Virus record (IMG/VR): IMGVR_UViG_3300031469_000005
Location: 32,001-96,000 of that record
Strand: one strand, 5' to 3'
Source of the DNA: a virus
Length of the DNA stretch: 64,000 nucleotides
Below the pieces are notes generated by a model. That model was not told the DNA's origin. It did not search any database and worked only from the letters and a program-made list of their open reading frames with translations. Of the stretch, positions 28,186 to 37,174 are shown in pieces. The position numbers were made by a program, and so were the translations under genes. Position 1 is the first letter of the stretch. Every line of letters begins with the position of its first letter.

Positions 28186-29753
28186 AGTACAATTTGTCTC
28201 CTTCGGAACTCTTTGAAGAAGCCATCATCAACGGCGAAGGTTACGTTGGTGAGAACGGGCAACTATGCGTTGCTACCGGAGAACACACGGGGCGAGCAGC
28301 GAACGACAAGTACATCGTCAAGAATGATGCATTGACTGATGTTTCCTACGGAAAGGCTGGAACGCCGCTGGAACCGTCAACGTTCACGCAACTAGGGGAC
28401 CTAACGGTAGGTTACCTTAAGGCGAAGGCAACGACGGGATGCTACATTGTTGATTTTTATGCAGCGGGAAAAAAGTGTCGTCTCATTGCGGAAAAAGCAT
28501 GGCATGCATTGTTCGTCACTCGAATGTTCGAACAATCTGAACATTCGCAAGTGACTGCGGAAACGTTGCTTGACCCCTCGATCGAGCTTGACCACTCGAT
28601 CGATCTGACGATCATCGATGTGCCAGATCTTCAAGTGAAACTGCCCGAATTGCGCAGTTCAACCTTCATTGCATGCGATTTCATCAATGGGTTCGTCTTG
28701 ATCGGTGGAACTAACTACGCCGGAGAAATCAAAAAGAGCGTGTTCTCATTCCTGGCATACAAGTTTCCAGAAGAAAACATCCTTCCGATGCATTCGAGCG
28801 TGACAGCTTCGAGCAACGGGAACGATTCATGCAATTGCGAAGGTCATTGTAATTGTGCTGGCAAGAACGTGACAGTATTCTTCGGTCTATCCGGTACGGG
28901 TAAAACGACCCTGAGTGCAAACAAGGGAAGTCGATTGCTCGGTGACGATGAACATGGTTGGTCTGGTGACGGCGTCTTCAACTTTGAAACGGGTTGCTAC
29001 GCAAAGGTGATCGATCTTTCCGAAAAGAATGAGCCCGCTATCTGGAACGCGTGTAACCAACACTTGACCGTCCTTGAAAACGTCAGGATGACTGACAACA
29101 GAAGGATCGATTTCATGGATCGAACGTTGACAGAGAACACACGTGCTGCATATCAACTGAATCGTATTCAAGGTGCCTTACCAAACAATCTCGTGGTAAC
29201 TCACCCACGAAACATCATCATGTTGACATGCGATGCATTCGGTGTTCTTCCCGCCGTGGCAAAGCTCAATAAATTCTCCGCGGCATATCACTTCGTGATG
29301 GGTTACACGGCGAAGGTTGCCGGAACTGAAAAGGGAACGACGGAACCGACAGCGACGTTCAGTTGCTGTTTTGGTGCACCTTTCATGCTGAAGAACGTCA
29401 TGGTGTACGCCGATCTCCTCATGAAGAGAATTGATGAGCACCAACCAGACATCTTTTTAGTGAATACGGGCTGGTTTGGCGGCGGATATGGCGTTGGAAA
29501 TCGAATTTCAATTCAAGAAACGCGAAAAATTATTGACAATATCGTTTCGGGACAATATAAAAATGCGCCTTGTAAACTTAACAAGACGTTTAATTTGAAC
29601 GTCATCGAAGGTTCATTCAATGAAGATCCTCGTTCATCGTGGAATGATAAAAAGTCATACGATGATATGGCCAAAGAATTAGTTGAAAAATTTCGAGAAA
29701 ATGCGAAGACATATCAAATGTCGGATGAAATTTTAAATGCCGGAATTTTCTAA
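28182..29753 (+). CDS. pckA: Phosphoenolpyruvate carboxykinase (ATP)
   Basis: TG..TGR...DKY, YAGEIKK, MHSS, FFGLSGTGKTTLS, LLGDDEHGW, GCYAK, TENTR, VNTGW.GG. Confidence 0.96.
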   Translation: MKYNLSPSELFEEAIINGEGYVGENGQLCVATGEHTGRAANDKYIVKNDALTDVSYGKAGTPLEPSTFTQLGDLTVGYLKAKATTGCYIVDFYAAGKKCRLIAEKAWHALFVTRMFEQSEHSQVTAETLLDPSIELDHSIDLTIIDVPDLQVKLPELRSSTFIACDFINGFVLIGGTNYAGEIKKSVFSFLAYKFPEENILPMHSSVTASSNGNDSCNCEGHCNCAGKNVTVFFGLSGTGKTTLSANKGSRLLGDDEHGWSGDGVFNFETGCYAKVIDLSEKNEPAIWNACNQHLTVLENVRMTDNRRIDFMDRTLTENTRAAYQLNRIQGALPNNLVVTHPRNIIMLTCDAFGVLPAVAKLNKFSAAYHFVMGYTAKVAGTEKGTTEPTATFSCCFGAPFMLKNVMVYADLLMKRIDEHQPDIFLVNTGWFGGGYGVGNRISIQETRKIIDNIVSGQYKNAPCKLNKTFNLNVIEGSFNEDPRSSWNDKKSYDDMAKELVEKFRENAKTYQMSDEILNAGIF

Positions 29754-29850
29754 AACTCTTAACAATTCTTCGTCGCCCGGTCGTGCACGATTATGTTCTA
29801 ATCGCCATTTCGCTCGTTGTTTTAGTTGAGCGTTGCTGTTGTTTTTATTT
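29733..29850 (-). pseudogene. Relic C-terminus of an HNH endonuclease
   Basis: Minus strand KQRAKWRLEHNRARPGDEELL resembles the end of the HNH at 53808-54617 (KRWAKWRRDNNRPPKPGDENYL). Confidence 0.65.
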
Positions 29851-29851
29851 T

Positions 29852-29960
29852 GATAAGGATGCATACGATGCGACCGCAACAAAGCTCGTTGGAATGTTCA
29901 ACGAAAATGCGAAGCAATTCCTGCTCGATTTGACTGTCTATCAAGCGGGAATGCCGACGT
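29852..29960 (+). pseudogene. Stranded duplicate of the pckA C-terminus
   Basis: DKDAYDATATKLVGMFNENAKQF...AGM aligns with pckA DKKSYDDMAKELVEKFRENAKTY...AGI. Confidence 0.75.
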
Positions 29961-30003
29961 TGGTAACCGCAAGCGAACAACACACAATCTTCAAGAAGAA
30001 TTC

Positions 30004-30267
30004 ATGAACACATTACCATACAAAGTCATCAACATTGCAACGAAGTTCGTGCAACACGAAGGTCGAATCGGATTCGACGCCGCGGCCCTGTTGACCCCCA
30101 AAAGCATACTGAGCATTCCTTGTGGGCGGTTCATTGTTGTGAACACTGAACTTGATCTCAATGGAAGCGAAGCAAGCTTGATCGTCTTTGTCAATGTCAA
30201 CAAGTCCGTACTGCTTGAGGCATCGACCGCCTACGTAAGCTCCAGTCATAATACGATCTTAGCATAA
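30004..30267 (+). CDS. Hypothetical protein
   Basis: ORF. Confidence 0.45.
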   Translation: MNTLPYKVINIATKFVQHEGRIGFDAAALLTPKSILSIPCGRFIVVNTELDLNGSEASLIVFVNVNKSVLLEASTAYVSSSHNTILA

Positions 30268-30274
30268 ACATCTC

Positions 30275-30370
30275 GTTCACGTAGCTTAATGAGTTCCTCA
30301 TACACAAACGTGAGTCGGATAAAGTTCCTCTCAAAAGGAGGCGTTGCAGGTGAGATTCCTGTCGTGAACG
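30275..30370 (+). ncRNA. tRNA-like element with D-loop insertion and imperfect anticodon arm
   Basis: GTTCACG/CGTGAAC acceptor stem, TAGCTTAAT, GGATA, T-arm GCAGG-TGAGATT-CCTGT. Confidence 0.5.
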
Positions 30371-30620
30371 AGAAGTTTGATATTCCCATTCAAGAGATCC
30401 GTATCGGCGATTTGATCATTGATCACAACAACCATATTTTCTTATTGATCGCAAGTCAACTTGAATTCGACGGATCGATGCTGATGACGTTTGCATACAA
30501 TTCTTCCAGATGGAATCGTGATTCACAACTTGAATCGAAACGATTCTTGGTATTTACTTTACCGTTTTTTCAACTTTTTACGGAGCTAAATTCTGGTCAA
30601 GGGACGAACAACATGTTTGA
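30364..30620 (+). pseudogene. PGD-family-like gene apparently frameshifted in T-runs and fused to the next ORF
   Basis: IQEIRIGDLII; alternative frame ends YGAKFWSRDEQHV* overlapping ATG 30613. Confidence 0.45.
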
Positions 30621-31086
30621 TTTTGTGTGTGTAGGATTCTTTTTGGGCATCGCAGTGACGTACTTCTCAATTCGCTACGCTCCCCGATTGAGGTCGGGCG
30701 GTCATTCGTGTGGAACATGTAGGGTTGACAAGACGCTTTCAAAGGTTTCCTATTCAATCTGTGCAACGTTCAGAGATGGTAACAAGCAAATTTACCACAA
30801 CGTTGGAGCACATGAATTTCTTGTTCAACGGAACGGCGGAAGATCGGATTTCGTATCAAAAAACGTCTCAGGCGTCTATGATACGAATGGAAAGCTCGTA
30901 GTTAAAGTTCCGTTCAATTTCATCAAAGAATGGTGGTTCTTGAGCCAAAAAGATCACTTTTCGAAGCTTGAAACGGAAGATGTGAATCGAATTCTTGATT
31001 TCATCGTCACTGATGCGATCTGTTGGATCAATGCTCCGCCCGACTTGAAGTTGTTGATTGCAAAACTCAAAGAAGACAAAAAATGA
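30613..31086 (+). CDS. Membrane-anchored hypothetical protein
   Basis: MFDFVCVGFFLGIAV N-terminal TM. Confidence 0.55.
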   Translation: MFDFVCVGFFLGIAVTYFSIRYAPRLRSGGHSCGTCRVDKTLSKVSYSICATFRDGNKQIYHNVGAHEFLVQRNGGRSDFVSKNVSGVYDTNGKLVVKVPFNFIKEWWFLSQKDHFSKLETEDVNRILDFIVTDAICWINAPPDLKLLIAKLKEDKK

Positions 31087-31265
31087 AACGAAACATCTTA
31101 GCTTTACTTTTTATCACATCATGCGTTTCTTCATCGCTTCCTTCCCCCGATCGATTTCGAAAGGATGATCTGTACTGTTGGATCAAAACCTCTCAAGGCG
31201 AATGGGTTGCACGTGGAATCCCAGAATCGTGTCCAGAAGGTACGTCAACGCTTGACGTTGAATGA
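31083..31265 (+). CDS. Small lipoprotein
   Basis: MKRNILALLFITSC lipobox-like signal. Confidence 0.55.
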   Translation: MKRNILALLFITSCVSSSLPSPDRFRKDDLYCWIKTSQGEWVARGIPESCPEGTSTLDVE

Positions 31266-31307
31266 AAATTGATTTGAACGTTGCTTCAATGATGATTATG
31301 GTATCTC

Positions 31308-31427
31308 ATGATCGGTGACCACGCTCGGTGGCGAGGCCGAATTGTTCGCATAACTGACGAGTATTGGGGCGTTGTGATGTTCACGCTAAAAGGCAAGCAT
31401 TACGAAGCGATGATTTCAGAGCTCTAA
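31308..31427 (+). CDS. 39-aa KOW/SH3-like microprotein
   Basis: Read from sequence: MIGDHARWRGRIVRITDEYWGVVMFTLKGKHYEAMISEL. Confidence 0.55.
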   Translation: MIGDHARWRGRIVRITDEYWGVVMFTLKGKHYEAMISEL

Positions 31428-31455
31428 CCGATTCACTTACGAATCTTAAGGTAAA

Positions 31456-32308
31456 ATGACGACAGAATCTTTCAGAAATAAAGTTAACAATTTACATTTA
31501 GAAAAGTCGAAAAAAAATTAGTCTATTGAACACGGGTGACAGGATCGTTTCGACGTACCTCAACGAACTTCGTAAGTACCCACAGCTTGAACATGAAGAA
31601 GTTGTTGAGCTCTTTAAGAAGATCGAAAACAAGGCAATCGACTGTAACGCAGCAAGAAAGAGGTTGATCGAATGCAACCTCCGTCTCGTCGTCTCGATTG
31701 CAAAGAAGTACAAGAACTACAATCTCCCAATCGAAGATCTGATTCAAGAGGGCAACCTGGGTCTGATCAAGGGCATCGAGCGTTTCGACTGGTCGAAGGG
31801 ATTCAAGTTCAGCACGTACGCATCTTGGTGGATTCAACAAGCCATCGGGCAACACGTGTTAAAGCGTCGTAGGACGATCAGGTTGCCTGGACATGCTGCC
31901 ACAGCCCAAAGCAAGATCATGAATGTTTCAGAGGTATATCGGTTGAAGTTCAACATGAGTCCCTCAATTGAGGAGATCGTTGCGGCGACAGGAATTTCTG
32001 AGACGATCGTGAAGGCTACGCTTCAATCAACTCGCAACACGATATCGTTTTCCGATCGACCGAATGCAAACAGTTCGGAAACATTCGGAGACAAGATCGT
32101 GGATGACACTAACGATTCTGACCCCTACTTGAACCTCTCAAAGAAAGAGTTGCTGGGTATCGTTGGAAAGGTGATCAAAACGCTTTCAAAGAAGGAGGCA
32201 ATCATACTTCGACTGAGATTTGGTCTCATAGACGATGTCGATTGCACAGATTACACAGTTTCCCAGGGCGAGGTTGAATCTATCATGGCTGGAAAAGGAC
32301 TTGAATGA
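31456..32308 (+). CDS. RpoD/sigma70-family sigma factor lacking region 4.2 (probable ATG 31456, frameshift in A8 at 31510-31517; in-frame TTG at 31526)
   Basis: [11 protein letters not shown] (1.2), [35 protein letters not shown] (2.3-2.4), [18 protein letters not shown] (4.1), then ends. Confidence 0.92.
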
Positions 32309-32610
32309 GCGACGTTGAAAAAATTGACAGTGAAGTTAAAGAGGATGCGTCTGGATCGAACGACGAAGGTGTCAACTACAGGGACATTGCTCAATTGATG
32401 ACCGAAAGTGGGTACAAGATGAACCACTCTTCGGTGAGGAACTACGTGATTCGTATCATGAAAAAGTTCGTCAGTGCCTATGTATCACGGAACGATATTA
32501 ACTTGACGGATGAAAGGATCGATGAGATCGCTAAATCGTCATCATTTCAGAAGGTGATGGCGAACATCCTTCACATGCACTCAATAAAGGATAAGAATGT
32601 CAAACGTTGA
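32305..32610 (+). CDS. Sigma region 4.2-like HTH protein
   Basis: NYRDIAQLM...[19 protein letters not shown]; ATGA-coupled to the sigma gene. Confidence 0.65.
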   Translation: MSDVEKIDSEVKEDASGSNDEGVNYRDIAQLMTESGYKMNHSSVRNYVIRIMKKFVSAYVSRNDINLTDERIDEIAKSSSFQKVMANILHMHSIKDKNVKR

Positions 32611-32983
32611 ACTCAAGAACGTGCCCAGCATGAAGCTCGAAAGCGTGCTTCGTCGCAGGAAGACAACATTGAAAAAATTCATTGCAGATGCGGGCGTACA
32701 ATCGTACGCCGGTTTGCAATCACTGTGTCAAAGATTTGGTGTAACACCGCCCGATGAGAAAACATTCAATGATGAGATCAATCCACCTCTCGTCACTAGT
32801 CAGCAGGACGGGATCGTTGTCGTAACATCGTACGAATCGCCAGTCATTGAACAAAACGTTGTTCAACCTCCCGTTGAAAAGAAACGTTACAAGAAATGGT
32901 CAGAAGCGAAGGAAGATCGTAAGAATCGACAAATGGAAAATGTTGTCAGTTCGGACTCGAACAAAGGTTCAAAAGATGAGTGA
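32597..32983 (+). CDS. Hypothetical protein (LRRRKTTL motif)
   Basis: ORF in the sigma operon. Confidence 0.6.
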   Translation: MSNVELKNVPSMKLESVLRRRKTTLKKFIADAGVQSYAGLQSLCQRFGVTPPDEKTFNDEINPPLVTSQQDGIVVVTSYESPVIEQNVVQPPVEKKRYKKWSEAKEDRKNRQMENVVSSDSNKGSKDE

Positions 32984-33329
32984 GGCTCGTAAAATGAGCA
33001 ATTTAAACCTCGTTGTTCAAGATGTTCGTCACTTGAACGTTCGGCGTCGCAATCGAAATAAGAAAAACAGGCAGACGCATCTCGATGAGAACGGGTTCAG
33101 CCTTCCGATGGAAATTCGTCCCGTCATCGACGTTATAATGGCATATGGTAAGAAGACGAATTCGCTTGGTACACTCGGAGCCGCAAAGATATTGACGGAC
33201 ATTGCTGAGTCGTTGAAAAAGTTAAATTTGCATTCGACGAATGTTGCCATTAAAGAATTGATTGACAACGCTGAGAAGCAAGCAGAGAATCTTAGATTTC
33301 AAGTTGAAGCATCATACGATGAAACGTAA
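32976..33329 (+). CDS. Hypothetical protein
   Basis: Start at ATG overlapping upstream gene. Confidence 0.55.
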   Translation: MSEARKMSNLNLVVQDVRHLNVRRRNRNKKNRQTHLDENGFSLPMEIRPVIDVIMAYGKKTNSLGTLGAAKILTDIAESLKKLNLHSTNVAIKELIDNAEKQAENLRFQVEASYDET

Positions 33330-33349
33330 AAGACACCATAGTTACTTGG

Positions 33350-33736
33350 GTGGGAATCATAGACTCGTACTTTGAGCAAAAACTTGTAAAGTTACCCTGT
33401 GATGATGCGGTGAAAGCTTACGTGCAAAGCGTGTTCAAGCAATTTGCTGTATCATCAACAAGCGATCTGAGCGGCGAATCAATCGTATTGCTTCACATCG
33501 TCGCTAAACGTAAGATGGACTTTTCGATGTTTCAATCGATCGGAGATTTCTCGTTGTGGTCGTCAGTGTTCCGTCCTCGAGCGTTCGATGAACACGAAGT
33601 CGTTTACAAGACGATTGCAAGTGATTCGTATCGAATGTGTCACATGATGTTGAACAAACAATGGCCCTTGTTCGAAATGCTCGCAGATGATTTTCCGAGG
33701 ATAGCGCGAATCTCAAGAAAGATTGTCATTGACTGA
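33350..33736 (+). CDS. Hypothetical protein (IGDFSLW...LFEMLADDF)
   Basis: ATAGTTA 5 nt upstream of GTG. Confidence 0.6.
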   Translation: MGIIDSYFEQKLVKLPCDDAVKAYVQSVFKQFAVSSTSDLSGESIVLLHIVAKRKMDFSMFQSIGDFSLWSSVFRPRAFDEHEVVYKTIASDSYRMCHMMLNKQWPLFEMLADDFPRIARISRKIVID

Positions 33737-33757
33737 ACAACCGTGTTACAATGAAGG

Positions 33758-33946
33758 ATGATTGAATTCGACGCGGATCATGAATTCTTGAAGAAGATTC
33801 GAGCTCATTTCAAGAAGGAATCGAAAAGTTACGTTCTCGAAACACAAGACGAGATTGACATGGCGAAGATCTTCGTCAAGCGGGGATTCTTGTACTATTC
33901 TGGGGGCACTGAGAGGGTCGCTCCCTTCGATTGCGTGATGAGATGA
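33758..33946 (+). CDS. Small hypothetical protein
   Basis: TTGACT...TGTTACAAT promoter-like sequence upstream. Confidence 0.55.
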   Translation: MIEFDADHEFLKKIRAHFKKESKSYVLETQDEIDMAKIFVKRGFLYYSGGTERVAPFDCVMR

Positions 33947-34252
33947 ATTCCGACCGGGACAGATGCTTCTTGTCATAAGACCGTTCCATGGTTGGATTGC
34001 GTCGAAAATGTTTCCGCAATTACCTCAAAACGAATTTCTCATTTTAAAAATGACATTGTGTTCATCGTGGGAATACAAACCGTCTTTTATCGCAAAGACT
34101 TTAACGATGAAATCCCGGCGCGAGACAAGGTTGACATTCGAATTTCAATGGTCCATAAAGGAACACTCAGGGTGGGTGATCACTCACAGATTGACAGGTT
34201 GTGGTACGAAACAAAGTTCATGGATGATGTGTTCAAACCAGTTTGTCCATGA
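33943..34252 (+). pseudogene. Frameshifted PGD-family-like gene
   Basis: FRPGQMLLVI frame lacks a start; continues in the frame of ORF 33992-34252. Confidence 0.4.
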
Positions 34253-34284
34253 TACAATGAACTCTCACTCAGGAGATTATCAAA

Positions 34285-35061
34285 ATGGCAAGACGAGCAA
34301 GTTGTTCCGCGGTAATTAGTTTCGGTTTGGTTTCGATTCCGGTGAAGTTCTACATCGCAGCAAAGACTGAGAACGTGTCTTTCTGCCTGTTGTCACCGAA
34401 GGGTGATCGAGTCGAGCAACTCTATCGTGAAAAGAGCACGGGCAAGGAGGTAGCTCGCAACGAGATGCTCCGTGGTTACGAGGTCGGAAAGAACCAGATC
34501 GTTCAATTCACAAGCGATGAGATCAAAGCTCTAGAGGAGAAGAACAACGGTGAGATCGAGATCAAGGAGTTCGTTCCTGCATCTTCGGTGGATCTGCTTC
34601 ACGTTGAAACCAGCCACCATCTTTCTCCCGGCAAGGGTGGTGATAAGGCATACACTCTCCTCGCTAAGGCCCTTCTGAAGACTGAGCAGTACGCGGTGGC
34701 ACAGTACACAGCTCGTGGCAAGCAACACGTTGTGGTCATTCGTCCTTATCAGGACGGTCTCGTCATTCATCAAATGTTCCTGGCGAACGAGGTTCGGGAA
34801 TTCGAGAGCGATGTCGCCAAGGTTACCGTGAAGGACACTGAGGTCGACATGGCATGCATGTTGATCGCTTCCTTGAAGAAGGACAAGTACGATGTTTCTT
34901 CCTACGTTGACACCTACAAGGAACGCGTTGAGAAGGCCGTCGAGGCGAAGTTGGCCGGTACGAAGGCACCCGAGGAACCCGAAGCAAAGCCCGAGCCAAT
35001 CAATGACCTCTTCGCGGCTCTTCAGGCGAGTCTCGCAGCTCAAGCCAAGAAGACTGCGTGA
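34285..35061 (+). CDS. ku: Ku protein (NHEJ DNA end-binding)
   Basis: ISFGLVSIPVK, RGYEV, EIKEFVP, Y.D.Y.E.V...VEAK, DLFAALQASL; AGGAG RBS. Confidence 0.93.
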   Translation: MARRASCSAVISFGLVSIPVKFYIAAKTENVSFCLLSPKGDRVEQLYREKSTGKEVARNEMLRGYEVGKNQIVQFTSDEIKALEEKNNGEIEIKEFVPASSVDLLHVETSHHLSPGKGGDKAYTLLAKALLKTEQYAVAQYTARGKQHVVVIRPYQDGLVIHQMFLANEVREFESDVAKVTVKDTEVDMACMLIASLKKDKYDVSSYVDTYKERVEKAVEAKLAGTKAPEEPEAKPEPINDLFAALQASLAAQAKKTA

Positions 35062-35070
35062 ACAACTTGA

Positions 35071-35127
35071 GATTGACCGAGATTTAATCATTAATTTTTA
35101 TTGGTGGAAAAATAATCTCGGTCAATC
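35071..35127 (+). terminator. 14-bp perfect inverted repeat after ku
   Basis: GATTGACCGAGATT...AATCTCGGTCAATC with AT-rich spacer. Confidence 0.6.
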
Positions 35128-35156
35128 GAGTGTTCTCAAGTAAACGTCGAAACATC

Positions 35157-35390
35157 ATGATGTATTCAGAATTGCTCCCGGGCGATCTTTTAATTCTTTC
35201 TACGAAAGAACATCATAACTCGTGGTTCGTAATTTCAAAACATGTCAATGACGTTCGAAAAGATACGATGAAACTCAATGTCTTGTCATCAAGATCGAAA
35301 TTGATCGTTTGGAACGCAGTTTTTGCTCGTATTGATGATACGGTACGTATTTTTCGTGAAGGAAAGTGTGTTTTCGACCCTGAGAAGTGA
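35157..35390 (+). CDS. Small PGD-family protein
   Basis: YSELLPGDLLIL...RIFREGK. Confidence 0.65.
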   Translation: MMYSELLPGDLLILSTKEHHNSWFVISKHVNDVRKDTMKLNVLSSRSKLIVWNAVFARIDDTVRIFREGKCVFDPEK

Positions 35391-35401
35391 TAGGATAAAT
35401 C

Positions 35402-36280
35402 ATGCACATCAAGAGTTACTCTGGCCCAAAGGTTCAGATTCAGCCCGAGGAGCTCGCTGCGTACGATAACGGTCGATGGTCGTGCGAAGAAAAGCATGAC
35501 GGCCATTTCTGCGAGATAACGACCGACGATCAGGGGACGATCGTATCGTTGATCGGCAGATCCGGGAAGACGTTCACGAATTCGAACGTTCAAGAATTTA
35601 CGAACTTGAACATCGGAATTCCCAACTCCGTATTCGTCAGCGAGCTCGAAGCGGGTACCGAAGCATCTCGTAGGAAGAACGATGCTCTCGGCCATTCTCG
35701 ATTGATCGTGTTTGACGTTGTGAGGCTTTTGGGTCAGTCAACCGTTGACCTACCTAACTCACAACGTCGAGCGCTTCTCGAGCTTGCATTCACGAAGGAG
35801 AATAAGTTCGTGAAGCTCGTTAAGAGAATCACCACGGGTTTCAAGGATTTCTACGAAACGCTAATGAGTGAAGGTGCTGAAGGTATCGTGCTCAAGCGAA
35901 ATGATGCACGATACCTTCATGGCAAGACGGACAACATGATCCGGTGCAAGAAACACCGTTACGTTGATTACGTCGTCATGTCGATTGCAAAAAGCAAAGG
36001 TGGGAGTCCCAACTTTCAGGTAGGACTTTTCATCGAGGGAAAGTTGCAGCGAGTCGCAACGATAAAGAACCTTCCCAATGATTACATTCGCCGTTACCTT
36101 GAGCTCGATTTCGGTCAAGATTGGATGACGGAAGATCTGCAAGTATTCGTTGGAAAGGTCGTCGAATGCAAGGGAGCAGAGGTTCATGATTCAGGAGCTC
36201 TTCGTCATGGACATCTCGAACGAGTTCGAGATGACAAGACGGTCGATGAATGCACTCTTGAGGCAGCGTTGAACTCATGA
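35402..36280 (+). CDS. Compact ATP-dependent DNA ligase (adenylation plus OB domains)
   Basis: EEKHDG, VFDVV, EGIVLK, RCKK, LRHG...RVRDDK. Confidence 0.88.
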   Translation: MHIKSYSGPKVQIQPEELAAYDNGRWSCEEKHDGHFCEITTDDQGTIVSLIGRSGKTFTNSNVQEFTNLNIGIPNSVFVSELEAGTEASRRKNDALGHSRLIVFDVVRLLGQSTVDLPNSQRRALLELAFTKENKFVKLVKRITTGFKDFYETLMSEGAEGIVLKRNDARYLHGKTDNMIRCKKHRYVDYVVMSIAKSKGGSPNFQVGLFIEGKLQRVATIKNLPNDYIRRYLELDFGQDWMTEDLQVFVGKVVECKGAEVHDSGALRHGHLERVRDDKTVDECTLEAALNS

Positions 36281-36585
36281 ATGCCATCGGATGGGGAATC
36301 GAATGGAAGAACGTCCTCGTTCAAAAGGACGGCCACCCAGCACGATCCTGGATCTACGTCGAAGCTCGCGTACTGAAGCCAGGGGACATGATCGGTCTAA
36401 ATCGTGATGAGAAATTGAACTTCCACATGATCGTTTCGGTTGAACAAGATGGAATTAAACACGGTTCTGTCGTTTTAGACGCACGAATCAAACTTACGTT
36501 CTTGAATCCCTCGATGGGACTAACAATACTGTATCAGGCACCTTTCCACAACGTTAAAAGATTACAAACGAATTCCAACATATGA
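36277..36585 (+). CDS. Small PGD-family protein
   Basis: LKPGDMIG...MIVSV. Confidence 0.6.
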   Translation: MNAIGWGIEWKNVLVQKDGHPARSWIYVEARVLKPGDMIGLNRDEKLNFHMIVSVEQDGIKHGSVVLDARIKLTFLNPSMGLTILYQAPFHNVKRLQTNSNI

Positions 36586-36851
36586 AAAAATTCATTGATA
36601 CTTCCTTGAATCCGTTCATTGATGCTAGAACCGACGAATTCTTCGCACCTCCTTTCTTCATCCGACAAACCGAATTCATGTCAGTTTCTCGAAACGCTTA
36701 CATGAGCGTTTCGGGCATCGTCCTTTCGAACACTGGCGGAGAATGGTTTTGCTACGTTGAATATGCGTCAGCGAACGCTGCGACGGCAGAGTTAGCATTG
36801 CTGATCGCTTTAGCAAAGAATCATACCGCGATCAGTCAAATGTTGACATGA
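36582..36851 (+). CDS. Hypothetical protein
   Basis: ATGA overlap. Confidence 0.5.
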   Translation: MKKFIDTSLNPFIDARTDEFFAPPFFIRQTEFMSVSRNAYMSVSGIVLSNTGGEWFCYVEYASANAATAELALLIALAKNHTAISQMLT

Positions 36852-36907
36852 TATGGAACTTGTGTTCAATCGATGTTTTTGTGTTACATTCAAAATAGGT
36901 ATTGTTC

Positions 36908-37174
36908 ATGGCAATTGAACATATCATTGATCAGGTTGACAAGGAAACGACGATGCTTTCAAAAGAAACAAAAGCGGTGCCACGAAAATGTTCTAAGTTA
37001 ACCGTGGGAGATATAATCTTGACCACGCGGCCTGGTGACACAGCGAGAGTGTTCAACGTTCATGTTGAAGGTGATTACACACACATCACCTACGGGTCGG
37101 AGGAATCGAAGCTTTCCGACAAATTTCTAAATGATTTCAAGATTCTTTACGTGGAAAAAAACACGTTGAATTGA
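36908..37174 (+). CDS. KOW-like hypothetical protein (LTVGDII)
   Basis: Class A promoter upstream. Confidence 0.55.
   Translation: MAIEHIIDQVDKETTMLSKETKAVPRKCSKLTVGDIILTTRPGDTARVFNVHVEGDYTHITYGSEESKLSDKFLNDFKILYVEKNTLN

Noticed and set aside
29783-30007. Independent 74-aa gene
   Set aside because: Chimera of antisense HNH relic and orphan pckA tail; no promoter or RBS
30289-31086. Single 265-aa protein as given in the ORF track
   Set aside because: Its 5' part overlaps the tRNA-like fold, and the rest resolves into two genes joined by an apparent frameshift
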